From Terrimicrobiaceae bacterium (GTDB taxonomy: Bacteria; Verrucomicrobiota; Verrucomicrobiia; Chthoniobacterales; JAATET01), in the NCBI GenBank assembly GCA_028713285.1, contig JAQTOP010000001.1, positions 35,190-99,189 of the forward strand: a stretch of DNA of 64,000 nt, given 5' to 3'. The notes beneath the pieces were generated by a model. The model saw nothing but the letters and a program-made list of their open reading frames with translations. It ran no database searches and was not told the DNA's origin. The position numbers were made by a program, and so were the translations under genes. Shown here piece after piece: positions 1 to 7,938 of this stretch (position 1 is its first letter; every line of letters starts with the position of its first letter).

Positions 1-258
1 TTGGAGGAAGTTCTTCTCGGTGGTCTGGTCGAACGCTACCGACCCAGTATCCAAACTCAGCAGGTCGCGCAAATAGCCGACATTACGCCCGAAGACTGCA
101 AGGCGGTCGACGTGGCCATGACAAAATGCTCAACATGGCTCACCGGTCACGATCAAGCCGCGGCAGCGCGTGCACCGGTTCCCAAACCGGATGAACTCAA
201 AGCCGACATCGAGACCTTGGAAAAATGGGTCAAGACGATACGTGATCGCCGCCAATAA
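1..258 (+). CDS. C-terminal fragment of an unknown protein (5' end outside window)
   Basis: The frame is open from the window edge and stops at 256-258, 17 nt before the next same-strand gene. No recognisable motif. Confidence 0.3.
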   Translation: MEEVLLGGLVERYRPSIQTQQVAQIADITPEDCKAVDVAMTKCSTWLTGHDQAAAARAPVPKPDELKADIETLEKWVKTIRDRRQ

Positions 259-275
259 GGCGCGGGTCATCACCT

Positions 276-1058
276 ATGGAAGAAGCCTCAGAACTCGCTA
301 ACTACCTGCCGCTCTCCTTCAAAACGCCGAAGGAGCAGGAATACATTCAATTCCTCTGGGACGCCTTCGAGACGAACTATAACCACCAAAAATACCAGTT
401 CGCCTTCCTTGCCTACCACATGCTCACCATGAGCTTCGTCTACTTCAATATCTGGCAGATCAAACGCACCGAGCCGGGAGATTTCGAGAAAGGGCTAATC
501 GGCTTTGGCAAGGACGTGGAGAAGGGCCTGCTCGTCGCTACCTCACCCTTTTCCTTCAGCGTCGTGCCCGAGCGAACGATGCTGCGCTTCCTCAAACTCA
601 TCGCCTGCGACAACGGCAAGATCGGCACCTACGCAAAGCTCGTGGACGACCGCAACGAAACCGCCCACCCTAACGGGAACATCTTCTTCAGCACCCAAGC
701 CGCGCTCGACATCAAGATCCGGGAAATCCTCCGCGTCGTGGACGAAATTCAAACCCACTCCGTTTCCACCATCCAACGTTGCTACGCTCGCTTCCTTGAG
801 GAGAGTAACAACCCCGACGACCGCGAGTATTCCGAAGACGCCGACCAAATCCGCGAAGTCCTCATCCACGCCCACTACCTCTCGCAGAAAGACGTCGAAA
901 TCTGCGCCGCTTTTGATTGGCAAGCACACGAGCACCTCGAAATGCACACGAACGCCCACGGCATTGAGTCCTTACACCAATCCCTCCGCGTCACCTACAT
1001 CGATCCTGAACCCATCCAGCTCATCGCCAGACCTGAAACCGGTCTCTCCCAACTATGA
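276..1058 (+). CDS. HEPN-like protein (Rx4H motif), function unknown
   Basis: 260-aa ORF. It contains 'LVDDRNETAHPNG', which fits the HEPN R-x4-H / RNxxAH signature seen in Abi-type HEPN families. Its stop overlaps the next start in an ATGA (1055-1058). Confidence 0.45.
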   Translation: MEEASELANYLPLSFKTPKEQEYIQFLWDAFETNYNHQKYQFAFLAYHMLTMSFVYFNIWQIKRTEPGDFEKGLIGFGKDVEKGLLVATSPFSFSVVPERTMLRFLKLIACDNGKIGTYAKLVDDRNETAHPNGNIFFSTQAALDIKIREILRVVDEIQTHSVSTIQRCYARFLEESNNPDDREYSEDADQIREVLIHAHYLSQKDVEICAAFDWQAHEHLEMHTNAHGIESLHQSLRVTYIDPEPIQLIARPETGLSQL

Positions 1059-2821
1059 TCACGCCAGCCCACTTTTCCGTTGACCCTCGGCTCGCAACCA
1101 TCCTGGGCGAGAACTACTCATCCAGTGAGCGCGCCTTGCGGGAGCTGATTGACAACGCATGGGATGCCGAAGCCAAAACCGTGCGGATCACTCTCCCAAC
1201 TGCCATGACGGAGGAACCCATCGTCATTGCAGACGACGGCAATGGCATGAAGGAACAGGAACTTCGCCAAGAGTATCTCAACATCGCCAGCCCTCGCACT
1301 AGCCGCAAAGGGGACCGCACGCCCAACCTCAATCGCGTGGTAAAAGGCCGCCGAGGGGTGGGCAAATTTTCAGGACTCATTCTCGCCGACGAGATGGAAG
1401 TCGTCACCCAAGCTCATGGCGTGGAGACGACCATTGTCATTTCTAAAAGTGCTCTGATGGCAGCGGGGAAGGACATCGAACAGGTTCCTCTTCCCGTGTC
1501 TGTTGCACCATGTCCCGAGGAAAACCGGGGGACAACAATCACGCTGCGGCACCTTAACCCAAATCTCAATTTTCCTCAGGCCGACAAGCTCCGTGAAATT
1601 CTCGCATACGATTACGGACGCGAAACTGGAATAGAGCTTTTTATCAACGGCGAGAAGGTGGCTCGTCACGATATTCAGGGCGAGACGTTTACCAAAGAAT
1701 ACACCCTGCCAAACGGTTCCAAAGCGACGGCAACCTATACCGTGAGCGACAAGCCGGTCGCCAGTCGCAAGGCGGGGCTCATCCTTCGGGCGGGCGACAA
1801 AGCGATTGGCAAGCCTCACCATTGGGGACTGGAACACGAGGAGCAACTCACAGACCGGCTTCGCAACCGGGTCGTAGGCGAGGTAAAGATCGAATCCGAG
1901 GCCATCGAACTCACCGCTGCGGGTGGTGATGTCATCGAAAGCGACAAAGGCTTCGAATATCTCACGAAGGCCATTCAGGAGGACGTAAAATCCAGCCTCA
2001 CCCAAGTTCATACCAACGAAGTCAATCTCGCCAAAGGCCGGTGGACTCAACTCATGAAGCGCCGACTCGAATCGGTGCCGGAACATCGCCGAGACATTGT
2101 TGAGGAAAGGCTCGAAAAGCTTATTTCCCGCAGCTACCAGGAAGGGGAAAAGGAAGAGCGCATCACCGTCCTCGTCAATCTCGCGCTCGATGCCCTTGAG
2201 ATGGACGAGTATTGGACGGTATGTCGGGAGGTCGAGGCCGCCGAAAAAGCGGATGTATTCATCTTCGCCCAAGCCCTCGACAAATTCGGCCTCACCGACC
2301 TTGCCTTCATCGGCCAGCAAGCCGAACGCCGCCGCATGTTCCTTGACAACCTCGACAAGCTCGCGGTCGATTCGACGACCAGCGAAGCCCAGATGCACAC
2401 CGCCCTACAACACAACTTGTGGATCTTCGGCAACGAATACAGCCTCATGGCGAGCAACCGCCAACTCCAGACGATTGTGAAGGACTTTACCGAGAAAATC
2501 TACAAGGCCAAGGACGCCACGGACCGCCCCGACCTCCTCCTCGCAGCCAACGTTGAAAATCGCCACCTTTTGGTCGAGTTCAAACGCCCGGAACTCCCCG
2601 TAGGCAGAGCTGCCGAAGCACAAGCCATCACGTATGCTGACACCCTGACCGGCCAGCTCGGTATCAGCTTGGATATTTTGATCGTCGGCGGCCAAGTGGA
2701 CCCCAAGCTCCAGGCCGAGTATTCCGGCAAGCGCACCAAATTCCTCGCCTACCGCGCTGTCATCGCGACGGCCCGCACCCAACTGGAATGGCTGCTCAAG
2801 CAACTCAACGAGAAGCCCTGA
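1055..2821 (+). CDS. GHKL (HATPase_c_3/MORC-like) ATPase fused to a C-terminal PD-(D/E)xK, DUF4263/Shedu-like nuclease domain
   Basis: Bergerat-fold motifs are present: 'ELIDNAWDA' (N-box), 'DDGNGM' (G1) and 'GRRGVGKFSG' (G2). The C-terminus reads 'HNLWIFGNEY...DRPDLLLA...HLLVEFKRP', a D...ExK restriction-endonuclease-like core. Confidence 0.7.
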   Translation: MITPAHFSVDPRLATILGENYSSSERALRELIDNAWDAEAKTVRITLPTAMTEEPIVIADDGNGMKEQELRQEYLNIASPRTSRKGDRTPNLNRVVKGRRGVGKFSGLILADEMEVVTQAHGVETTIVISKSALMAAGKDIEQVPLPVSVAPCPEENRGTTITLRHLNPNLNFPQADKLREILAYDYGRETGIELFINGEKVARHDIQGETFTKEYTLPNGSKATATYTVSDKPVASRKAGLILRAGDKAIGKPHHWGLEHEEQLTDRLRNRVVGEVKIESEAIELTAAGGDVIESDKGFEYLTKAIQEDVKSSLTQVHTNEVNLAKGRWTQLMKRRLESVPEHRRDIVEERLEKLISRSYQEGEKEERITVLVNLALDALEMDEYWTVCREVEAAEKADVFIFAQALDKFGLTDLAFIGQQAERRRMFLDNLDKLAVDSTTSEAQMHTALQHNLWIFGNEYSLMASNRQLQTIVKDFTEKIYKAKDATDRPDLLLAANVENRHLLVEFKRPELPVGRAAEAQAITYADTLTGQLGISLDILIVGGQVDPKLQAEYSGKRTKFLAYRAVIATARTQLEWLLKQLNEKP

Positions 2822-2850
2822 GCAAAAGCCCAAGATAGATAACGACAAAA

Positions 2851-3708
2851 ATGACACCTGAAGAGCACACAGAAGCCTGGCGGAACAACATCAAATCCAA
2901 GGCCCAAGAGATTCAGGGACTTCTCAATGAAGTCATCGGGCTCCTTCCCATGGTGGCCGACGAAAAGCGGAAGTCAAAATTTGAAGAACGCCTCCAAACC
3001 GTCACGGCGAAGGCCAGGGCCATGCATGATCTTTATGGGCCAAATCTCGCCCCCCAAACCCTCCAAGAACTGACCCACTCACTCACCCAGTGGAAGTCGA
3101 ATTTGCAGGACCATAACGTCACCCGAAAAATCGCCGAACTCTGGCAGCCCATCGGCAAACTTAACGGGGAGGAAGAAATTAGTAATGAACTCTCCTTCTC
3201 CGCCATCCTCGAAAAGCACAACCGTGACGGCACCCTTCAGAAATGCTTGGAGGAACTCATTTCCTCACTGGAAAAACTCCTCGCAGCGGGCGATGACACC
3301 CTGACAAAGCAAGCCGCCACCGAACTCGAAAGAATCCTCGCTGAACTCAAAAAACGGAAAAACGAGTCCCTGTTTGACATTCAACCATGGATCGAATTCG
3401 CCCTCGTTTCAACCGGAGCCATCGTGGACCACTACACTGGAACCCCGATTGCCACAATCGCCGCCGCCGCTCTCGTTGCCGCCAAGGAATCCCAAATCCA
3501 AGTCAACAACCTCTTCACCCTCGCTTACCATGAATACGTCGAAAGCCTCAAAATGAAGGGACAAGCCAAATGGGAAGGAATCTTCGGGAAGAAACTTAAA
3601 GGAGCCAGTCTTGAAGACATCCAGAAGGCCATCCAATCGCCGGATGGTCTTAAAAGCCTCCCGGAGCCGGACACGTTGGCTTTGCCCCCAGCTTCCTCGG
3701 AACAATAA
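2851..3708 (+). CDS. Hypothetical helical protein with a hydrophobic segment
   Basis: 285-aa ORF starting 29 nt after the GHKL gene on the same strand. It is rich in coiled-coil-like sequence and has a hydrophobic stretch, 'PWIEFALVSTGAIVDHYTGTPIATIAAAALVAA'. No family recognised. Confidence 0.5.
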   Translation: MTPEEHTEAWRNNIKSKAQEIQGLLNEVIGLLPMVADEKRKSKFEERLQTVTAKARAMHDLYGPNLAPQTLQELTHSLTQWKSNLQDHNVTRKIAELWQPIGKLNGEEEISNELSFSAILEKHNRDGTLQKCLEELISSLEKLLAAGDDTLTKQAATELERILAELKKRKNESLFDIQPWIEFALVSTGAIVDHYTGTPIATIAAAALVAAKESQIQVNNLFTLAYHEYVESLKMKGQAKWEGIFGKKLKGASLEDIQKAIQSPDGLKSLPEPDTLALPPASSEQ

Positions 3709-3835
3709 ACATCAACGTGAAAAACATCAGCTTCCCGAAGTGCCGCAGGAAATCGATTCTCTCCCACCAAACCTGCAAGGATCCGCGCCAGCGGAGCTGT
3801 CACGGCACCTTGCTCTATAATTTGCAAATTTGTGC

Positions 3836-3886
3836 GGGGCGGCGGAACGGGGCCCACCAAAAAGGAGAGCCCCGTTCCACCGCCCC
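3836..3886 (+). other. GC-rich 18-bp-stem hairpin (possible terminator or structured RNA element)
   Basis: GGGGCGGCGGAACGGGGC - 15-nt loop - GCCCCGTTCCACCGCCCC, with one C/A mismatch. There is no U-tract. It lies 128 nt downstream of the stop of 2851-3708. Confidence 0.6.
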
Positions 3887-4071
3887 GTAGGCTTGGTTGA
3901 GAGGAGATTCAAGATCGATCAAGAGAGAGTGAGGGGGGAGCGGAGTGGTGCTCATCGCGTGTCTGGTTCGAGGTATTTACCGTCCCCGTCGGGGAATGGG
4001 CTGCACCTAGGACATCCTATCACGGCCGGGTGCCTTTCGGCACCACCCGCCAATAAAGCACATCACCCGGT

Positions 4072-4263
4072 GTGCAAAATACACCAACTCAATCCGAGGA
4101 TGTCATTGTCACCAAATATGCCACTCGGCATTGGGCCGTCTGGCTCTCTGGTGAGCTCGTCGCCGTGACCGTCTATCGAAAAGGAGCCCAGCGCGTTGCG
4201 GAACTCCTGCAGACCGTCCAGCCATCGAACTCGACCACCGTGGCAGAGCCCGCCCAGAGGTGA
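4072..4263 (+). CDS. Small conserved protein (63 aa), unknown function
   Basis: GTG-initiated ORF. The core 'DVIVTKYATRHWAVWLSGELVAVTVYRKGAQRVAELLQT' is shared with 5426-5650. Over this core I count 9 synonymous and 2 non-synonymous codon differences, which argues for real coding sequence. Confidence 0.65.
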   Translation: MQNTPTQSEDVIVTKYATRHWAVWLSGELVAVTVYRKGAQRVAELLQTVQPSNSTTVAEPAQR

Positions 4264-4337
4264 GAATAGCCATTGGCTAGCCACAGAAGTCGCGATAAAC
4301 TGATCCCTGAATACAACCTATGCTACCCAATACCAAT

Positions 4338-4841
4338 TCACCGTCGTTGGTGAATTGGGCCAACACTGGAACAAAAACTATAGCCGCAAGAAGCAAACCA
4401 ACCGAGGGCATCTTTGGGAGTGACCTGTGCAAGGGCATGAGCGATGGCGGAGGTCAGATCGGAAGGGGTGCGTGCTTCGGTGGAGCGGAGGAGGGATTTG
4501 ACTTTGCTCCACATTTTTTCGATCGGATTGAAGTCAGGAGAGTAGGCGGGCAAAAAGAGCACTTGGGCTCCGGATTGGGAGATGAGTGCCAGGGTGGGAT
4601 CGCTTTTATGGGGGCCGAGGTTATCCATGATAACGATGTCGTCGGGACGCAGGCTCGGGCAGAGGACTTCGGCGACGTAAGCGCGGAAGACTTCCGTGTC
4701 GGTCGCTCCGGCGATGGCCATGGCGGCGGTGGTGCCATCCAAACGGATGGAAGAGATCATGGTGGTGCTCTGCCAGCGACCGCAGGGAGTGCTGGCGTGG
4801 CAGCGTGTCCCGCGGGGGGAACGCCCGTAGAGACGGGTCAT
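4338..4841 (-). CDS. IS630-family transposase, DDE catalytic part (orfB)
   Basis: '...IVIMDNLGPHKS...VLFLPAYSPDFNPIEKMWSKVK' is the DDE_3 / IS630 catalytic C-terminus. Confidence 0.8.
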   Translation of the reverse strand: MTRLYGRSPRGTRCHASTPCGRWQSTTMISSIRLDGTTAAMAIAGATDTEVFRAYVAEVLCPSLRPDDIVIMDNLGPHKSDPTLALISQSGAQVLFLPAYSPDFNPIEKMWSKVKSLLRSTEARTPSDLTSAIAHALAQVTPKDALGWFASCGYSFCSSVGPIHQRR

Positions 4842-5305
4842 GTTCGTTTTCGCCCCGCTTTCGTCGAGGAAGACGAGCCGCGCTGGATCGAACCCGCCCT
4901 GTCGCCGCCTCCACGCACGGCGCGCCCGGGCGATGTCGGGGCGCTCTTGCTCGCTGGCTCGCAGCGTCTTTTTTTATATGTCAGCCCCATCTTGCCCAGC
5001 ACCACATGGATCGCCTGCAGCGAGCAGTCCAGTTCCAGGGCCGCTCGCATCTGCTTCAAGGTAAGATCCACCTTGCCGGCCAGCAGCGCGCGAAGCTGGC
5101 GCTGATGGCTGGCCACGATCATCGGCTTGCGTCCCGCCAAGTGATGTCTCGCTCCGATCTCGCCCGTGCGCCGTCTCTGCTGCAGGAGCTTTTTGACCAT
5201 CCCCAACGACACGCGAAATCGCTGCGCGATCTCCTCCCTCGTGCCTTCCCCTCCATCGTAGCTGCACAAGATTCGCTCTCGCAGATCAAGGGAGAGTGTT
5301 CGCAT
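4838..5305 (-). CDS. IS630-family transposase, N-terminal HTH part (orfA)
   Basis: 155-aa ORF 'MRTLSLDLRERILCSYDGGEGTREEIAQRFRVSLGMVKKLLQQRR...', typical of the IS630/Tc1 helix-turn-helix region. It overlaps orfB by 4 nt, so this is either a programmed frameshift or a disruption. Confidence 0.75.
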   Translation of the reverse strand: MRTLSLDLRERILCSYDGGEGTREEIAQRFRVSLGMVKKLLQQRRRTGEIGARHHLAGRKPMIVASHQRQLRALLAGKVDLTLKQMRAALELDCSLQAIHVVLGKMGLTYKKRRCEPASKSAPTSPGRAVRGGGDRAGSIQRGSSSSTKAGRKRT

Positions 5306-5425
5306 CCCCTTTCTCTATCTTTGCCTTCTCCAAATGGCTACATTATTTATTCCAGTGTTGGCCCAATTCACCACTGACGGTGGATTGGTATCGGAGGACA
5401 TAGGTTTTGGTCGGAGGTCAGTTTA

Positions 5426-5650
5426 TCACAGATTCGCTTGGAAGCCAATCGCGTTGGCTGGCTCCGGCGGGGTAATTGGGACGACCTGTGAAATGGTTGG
5501 CCGGAGGGTTTGCAGGAGTTCGGCTACGCGCTGGGCTCCTTTTCGATAGACGGTCACGGCGACGAGTTCGCCTTGGAGCCAGACGGCCCAATGGCGGGAG
5601 GCGTATTTGGTAACGATGACATCGCCATTCGGAGTTGGTGGATTTTGCAC
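5426..5650 (-). CDS. Small conserved protein (74 aa), paralog of 4072-4263
   Basis: It has the same GTG context (CCCGGTGTGCAAAAT) and the core 'DVIVTKYASRHWAVWLQGELVAVTVYRKGAQRVAELLQT'. The longer 144-aa ORF call is not conserved in the left copy. Confidence 0.65.
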   Translation of the reverse strand: MQNPPTPNGDVIVTKYASRHWAVWLQGELVAVTVYRKGAQRVAELLQTLRPTISQVVPITPPEPANAIGFQANL

Positions 5651-5870
5651 ACCGGGCGATGTGCTTGATTGGCGACTGGTGCCGAAAGGCACCGGGTCGT
5701 GATTGGGATTCCACCACGCGAGACCGGGTGGCAGCGCACGAGGTCGGCGCGGTTGATCCACGGGCTGCAGGAAGCGACCGGACACGCCCGCCGCTCCGAA
5801 AGACGAGAGGCGTTCCGGCCCCCTCACTCTCTTGATCGATCTTGAATCTTCTCCTCTCAAACAACCCTGC

Positions 5871-5921
5871 GGGGCGGTGGAACGGGGCTCTCCTTATTGG
5901 TGGGCCCCGTTCCGCCGCCCC
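5871..5921 (-). other. GC-rich 18-bp-stem hairpin, second copy
   Basis: Same arms and same internal mismatch as 3836-3886, with one loop difference. It lies 145 nt downstream of the stop of the minus-strand E2 gene. Confidence 0.6.
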
Positions 5922-6066
5922 GGTGATTCCTCTCCCGGATAACGCAGGCGGAGTGCCAGCTCCGCTGGAACGACAGCCTGCCAGATTGGTTGGGTGCGCA
6001 TGTTTGTATAACCTTCATGGTTCTGTGTTCGTCCGTAACGATAACCATGGTGGTTGGCTTGGTCGG

Positions 6067-6720
6067 TCATCGCTTCCCGGTGACGACTTCCCGAAGCCAT
6101 GCTTTTGGGAGAACATTACGAAACTTTCTGACTGCGACGTTGAAGTCGCATTTTCCGAGCCGCTTTTTGCAACCACAGGGACAGGGCATTTTGTTGGCGA
6201 GTCGCTTCTTTTTGAGCAGGCAGAGCAGGGCTGGGACGACCTGGTTATTACGTTTGAGGCCGAGCAGTTCTTTGTAGTCGTCGAGTTCGCCATCGATGCC
6301 GTGGCGCAGTTCTCCAAAGATGAAGTCTTGGCCGTGTGTGAGCTTTAGGCTCATCGCATAAAGGTAGGGAACGATGCAGGTTTTGCTAAATCCGTGGACG
6401 GTTGGTTCTGCCTGTAGCCGAGCCATGAGGCGAATTCGTGAGCCGAGGCACAAGGTTCCGTTGCCATTTACGTGAAAATCGTTCACGCGGGGAATTCTGC
6501 CCCCTATCTCGCTTACCGTGGGAACCCGACGGGGGAACTCTTGGGGGATGGAGATTTGAAGATTGTAAGTGTCGTTGATCTGGGGGTGTCCCTCATGTTC
6601 GGCGCAAAACTGAAAATCCCCTTCTAGTAGAAGGGAATTTCCGTTCGATGGTTGAATCGAGATGAAGGGCTGATCGTTGAGGAACTCATCCAGCCCCGGA
6701 ATGGCGATCGGAGCGGGCAT
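6067..6720 (-). CDS. Stand-alone E2/UBC-like protein with C-terminal SEC-C zinc motif (CBASS type II-short accessory)
   Basis: 'FHVNGNGTLCLGS' matches the E2 HxN...G.LCL catalytic-Cys motif. The C-terminal 'CPCGCKKRLGKC' is a SEC-C-type metal-binding motif. The ATG at 6720 overlaps the upstream stop (TAATG); an alternative GTG is at 6732. Confidence 0.7.
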   Translation of the reverse strand: MPAPIAIPGLDEFLNDQPFISIQPSNGNSLLLEGDFQFCAEHEGHPQINDTYNLQISIPQEFPRRVPTVSEIGGRIPRVNDFHVNGNGTLCLGSRIRLMARLQAEPTVHGFSKTCIVPYLYAMSLKLTHGQDFIFGELRHGIDGELDDYKELLGLKRNNQVVPALLCLLKKKRLANKMPCPCGCKKRLGKCDFNVAVRKFRNVLPKAWLREVVTGKR

Positions 6721-7907
6721 TACATACACCACGGACGCGCCGGTTTTTCGGTGATGATCTGGATGTTCTGGTAGTCTGCGGGTTTAGACGGCAGGAGCGG
6801 AAGAATTTTGGCGATTTCACCTTGTGGGATACGAAGCCCAAACTTCTGCAGAGTGAACTTCTGGATCAGCTCTTCGGAGTTGAGCTTTTCCGTGTTCTGG
6901 AAGTCTGCTCGGGCCTGCTTGAGCCAGCCGTGGAAGTTTCCTTCCAAGTTGAGGTGGGCGTATTTCGGCTCGTGCCATTTGTCCGCGAAGTCTTCATTTG
7001 GGTTCACCGGATTGGGGACGCGGGGAATCGTCGGAAGGATGTAGCGATCCATGTCGGCAAGGATGCGCTCCAGAGTCGTGGTGGTGTTGTCCTCACCCCG
7101 GTAGGCAGCAGCCGCCAGTGTCGTGAGGATGATGGAAATGGGTTTGGAGTCGGGGTTCTTGGCGAACATCGAATCCCGGTGCCGCTTCAAAAGTTGGATG
7201 GCCTTTTGAAGTGGCGTTTTCCATTTCCAAGCGGGGAGTTTTTCTACCTTGGCCTGCTTTGCCATCATGGCGACTTTTTCCATGAGCCCGGCGGCGATTT
7301 CCATGCGGGATTCAAACCACTTGGCGTAGCCTTCGGAGTTGGAGATTCGCCAGTTGGGGTCGATATAGCGGTAGTTGGCCTGGCGGTTGTCGGTAATGTT
7401 GCCCGAGTGACGAGATACGTCTTCGGCGAGCCCGCGAGCGAGGCCATGCTTGATCATCGCGTCGGCGAGCGAGGCCTGCTTGGTCATTTCCTCAGGGATG
7501 GAGGGAACGATGTCCTCCGAGAACCGGAGTTCGTCCGCATATTCGAGGCACCAGCAACGGTGTTTTTCTTCGAGTTCCTTTTTGATTTGTCGAGCCTGCC
7601 GGTAGGCTTCGAGTTCGTCACCGACGAGCGTCTTCAACTTTTCCTGGGTGTGCGTGTGCTTGCTGATGCCGGCCTCAAGGCGGCAGCCAACATCCAGATC
7701 ATAGGATTCGCCTTCGTGAAGCGGACGGTTGACGGTGCCAAGGCGGAAGGAGCCTTGCGCATAAATTCTCGGCCTGTGGGCTTTTAGCGACCCTTGGCAG
7801 AACCAATCGCCCAAGTCCTTGTAGCGGTCGTGGGCCTTGTCGTAGGCACCGGGTGGAATTTCCAAAGCGGCCACGAGGGCCTCGATGATCTGAGCTTTCG
7901 TCTTCAT
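6720..7907 (-). CDS. CD-NTase / SMODS nucleotidyltransferase (CBASS cyclase)
   Basis: 'AQGSFRLGTVNRP...GESYDLDVGCRL' supplies the GS...DxD Pol-beta NTase motifs, and 'FSEDIVPS' supplies the third acidic residue. 'PISIILTTLAAAAY' is typical of the SMODS core. Start set at 'MKTKAQII' (7907); the longer ORF to 8045 would overlap the patatin gene. Confidence 0.75.
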   Translation of the reverse strand: MKTKAQIIEALVAALEIPPGAYDKAHDRYKDLGDWFCQGSLKAHRPRIYAQGSFRLGTVNRPLHEGESYDLDVGCRLEAGISKHTHTQEKLKTLVGDELEAYRQARQIKKELEEKHRCWCLEYADELRFSEDIVPSIPEEMTKQASLADAMIKHGLARGLAEDVSRHSGNITDNRQANYRYIDPNWRISNSEGYAKWFESRMEIAAGLMEKVAMMAKQAKVEKLPAWKWKTPLQKAIQLLKRHRDSMFAKNPDSKPISIILTTLAAAAYRGEDNTTTTLERILADMDRYILPTIPRVPNPVNPNEDFADKWHEPKYAHLNLEGNFHGWLKQARADFQNTEKLNSEELIQKFTLQKFGLRIPQGEIAKILPLLPSKPADYQNIQIITEKPARPWCM

Positions 7908-7938
7908 GGTCGTTTGGTGTCTTTGTTGGTTGGGTTGG

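Larger units (their letters stand above)
3788..4320 (+). repeat. Left copy of an inverted, diverged repeat module of about 0.55 kb (leader hairpin plus small CDS)
   Basis: It aligns by eye with the reverse complement of 5401-5975. Shared blocks are 'CCAGCGGAGCTG', the 51-nt GC hairpin, 'TTGAGAGGAGA..TTCAAGATCGATCAAGAGAG', 'GGTGCCTTTCGGCACC', the small CDS and 'GATAAACTGA..AACCTA'. Confidence 0.8.
4321..5400 (-). mobile_element. IS630-family insertion sequence (1080 bp)
   Basis: Imperfect terminal inverted repeats: TGCTACCCAATACCAATTCACCGTCG at the left end, and the reverse complement of CGACGGTGGATTGGTATCGGAGGACA at the right end. TA is duplicated at 4319-4320 and 5401-5402. A two-ORF HTH plus DDE transposase lies inside. 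Confidence 0.85.
5401..5975 (-). repeat. Right (inverted) copy of the hairpin plus small-CDS module
   Basis: Reverse complement aligns with 3788-4320. See the left copy. Confidence 0.8.

Noticed and set aside
4320-5377. Plus-strand ORFs 4320-5105 and 4805-5377
   Set aside because: They are antisense to the IS630 transposase ORFs, which show the HTH and DDE motifs.
5426-5860. 144-aa version of the right-hand small ORF, and ORFs 3830-4168, 5418-5864 and 5842-6348
   Set aside because: Only the C-terminal part is conserved between the two repeat copies, and it begins at the same GTG context in both. The upstream part falls in the region that is unalignable or frame-inconsistent between copies.
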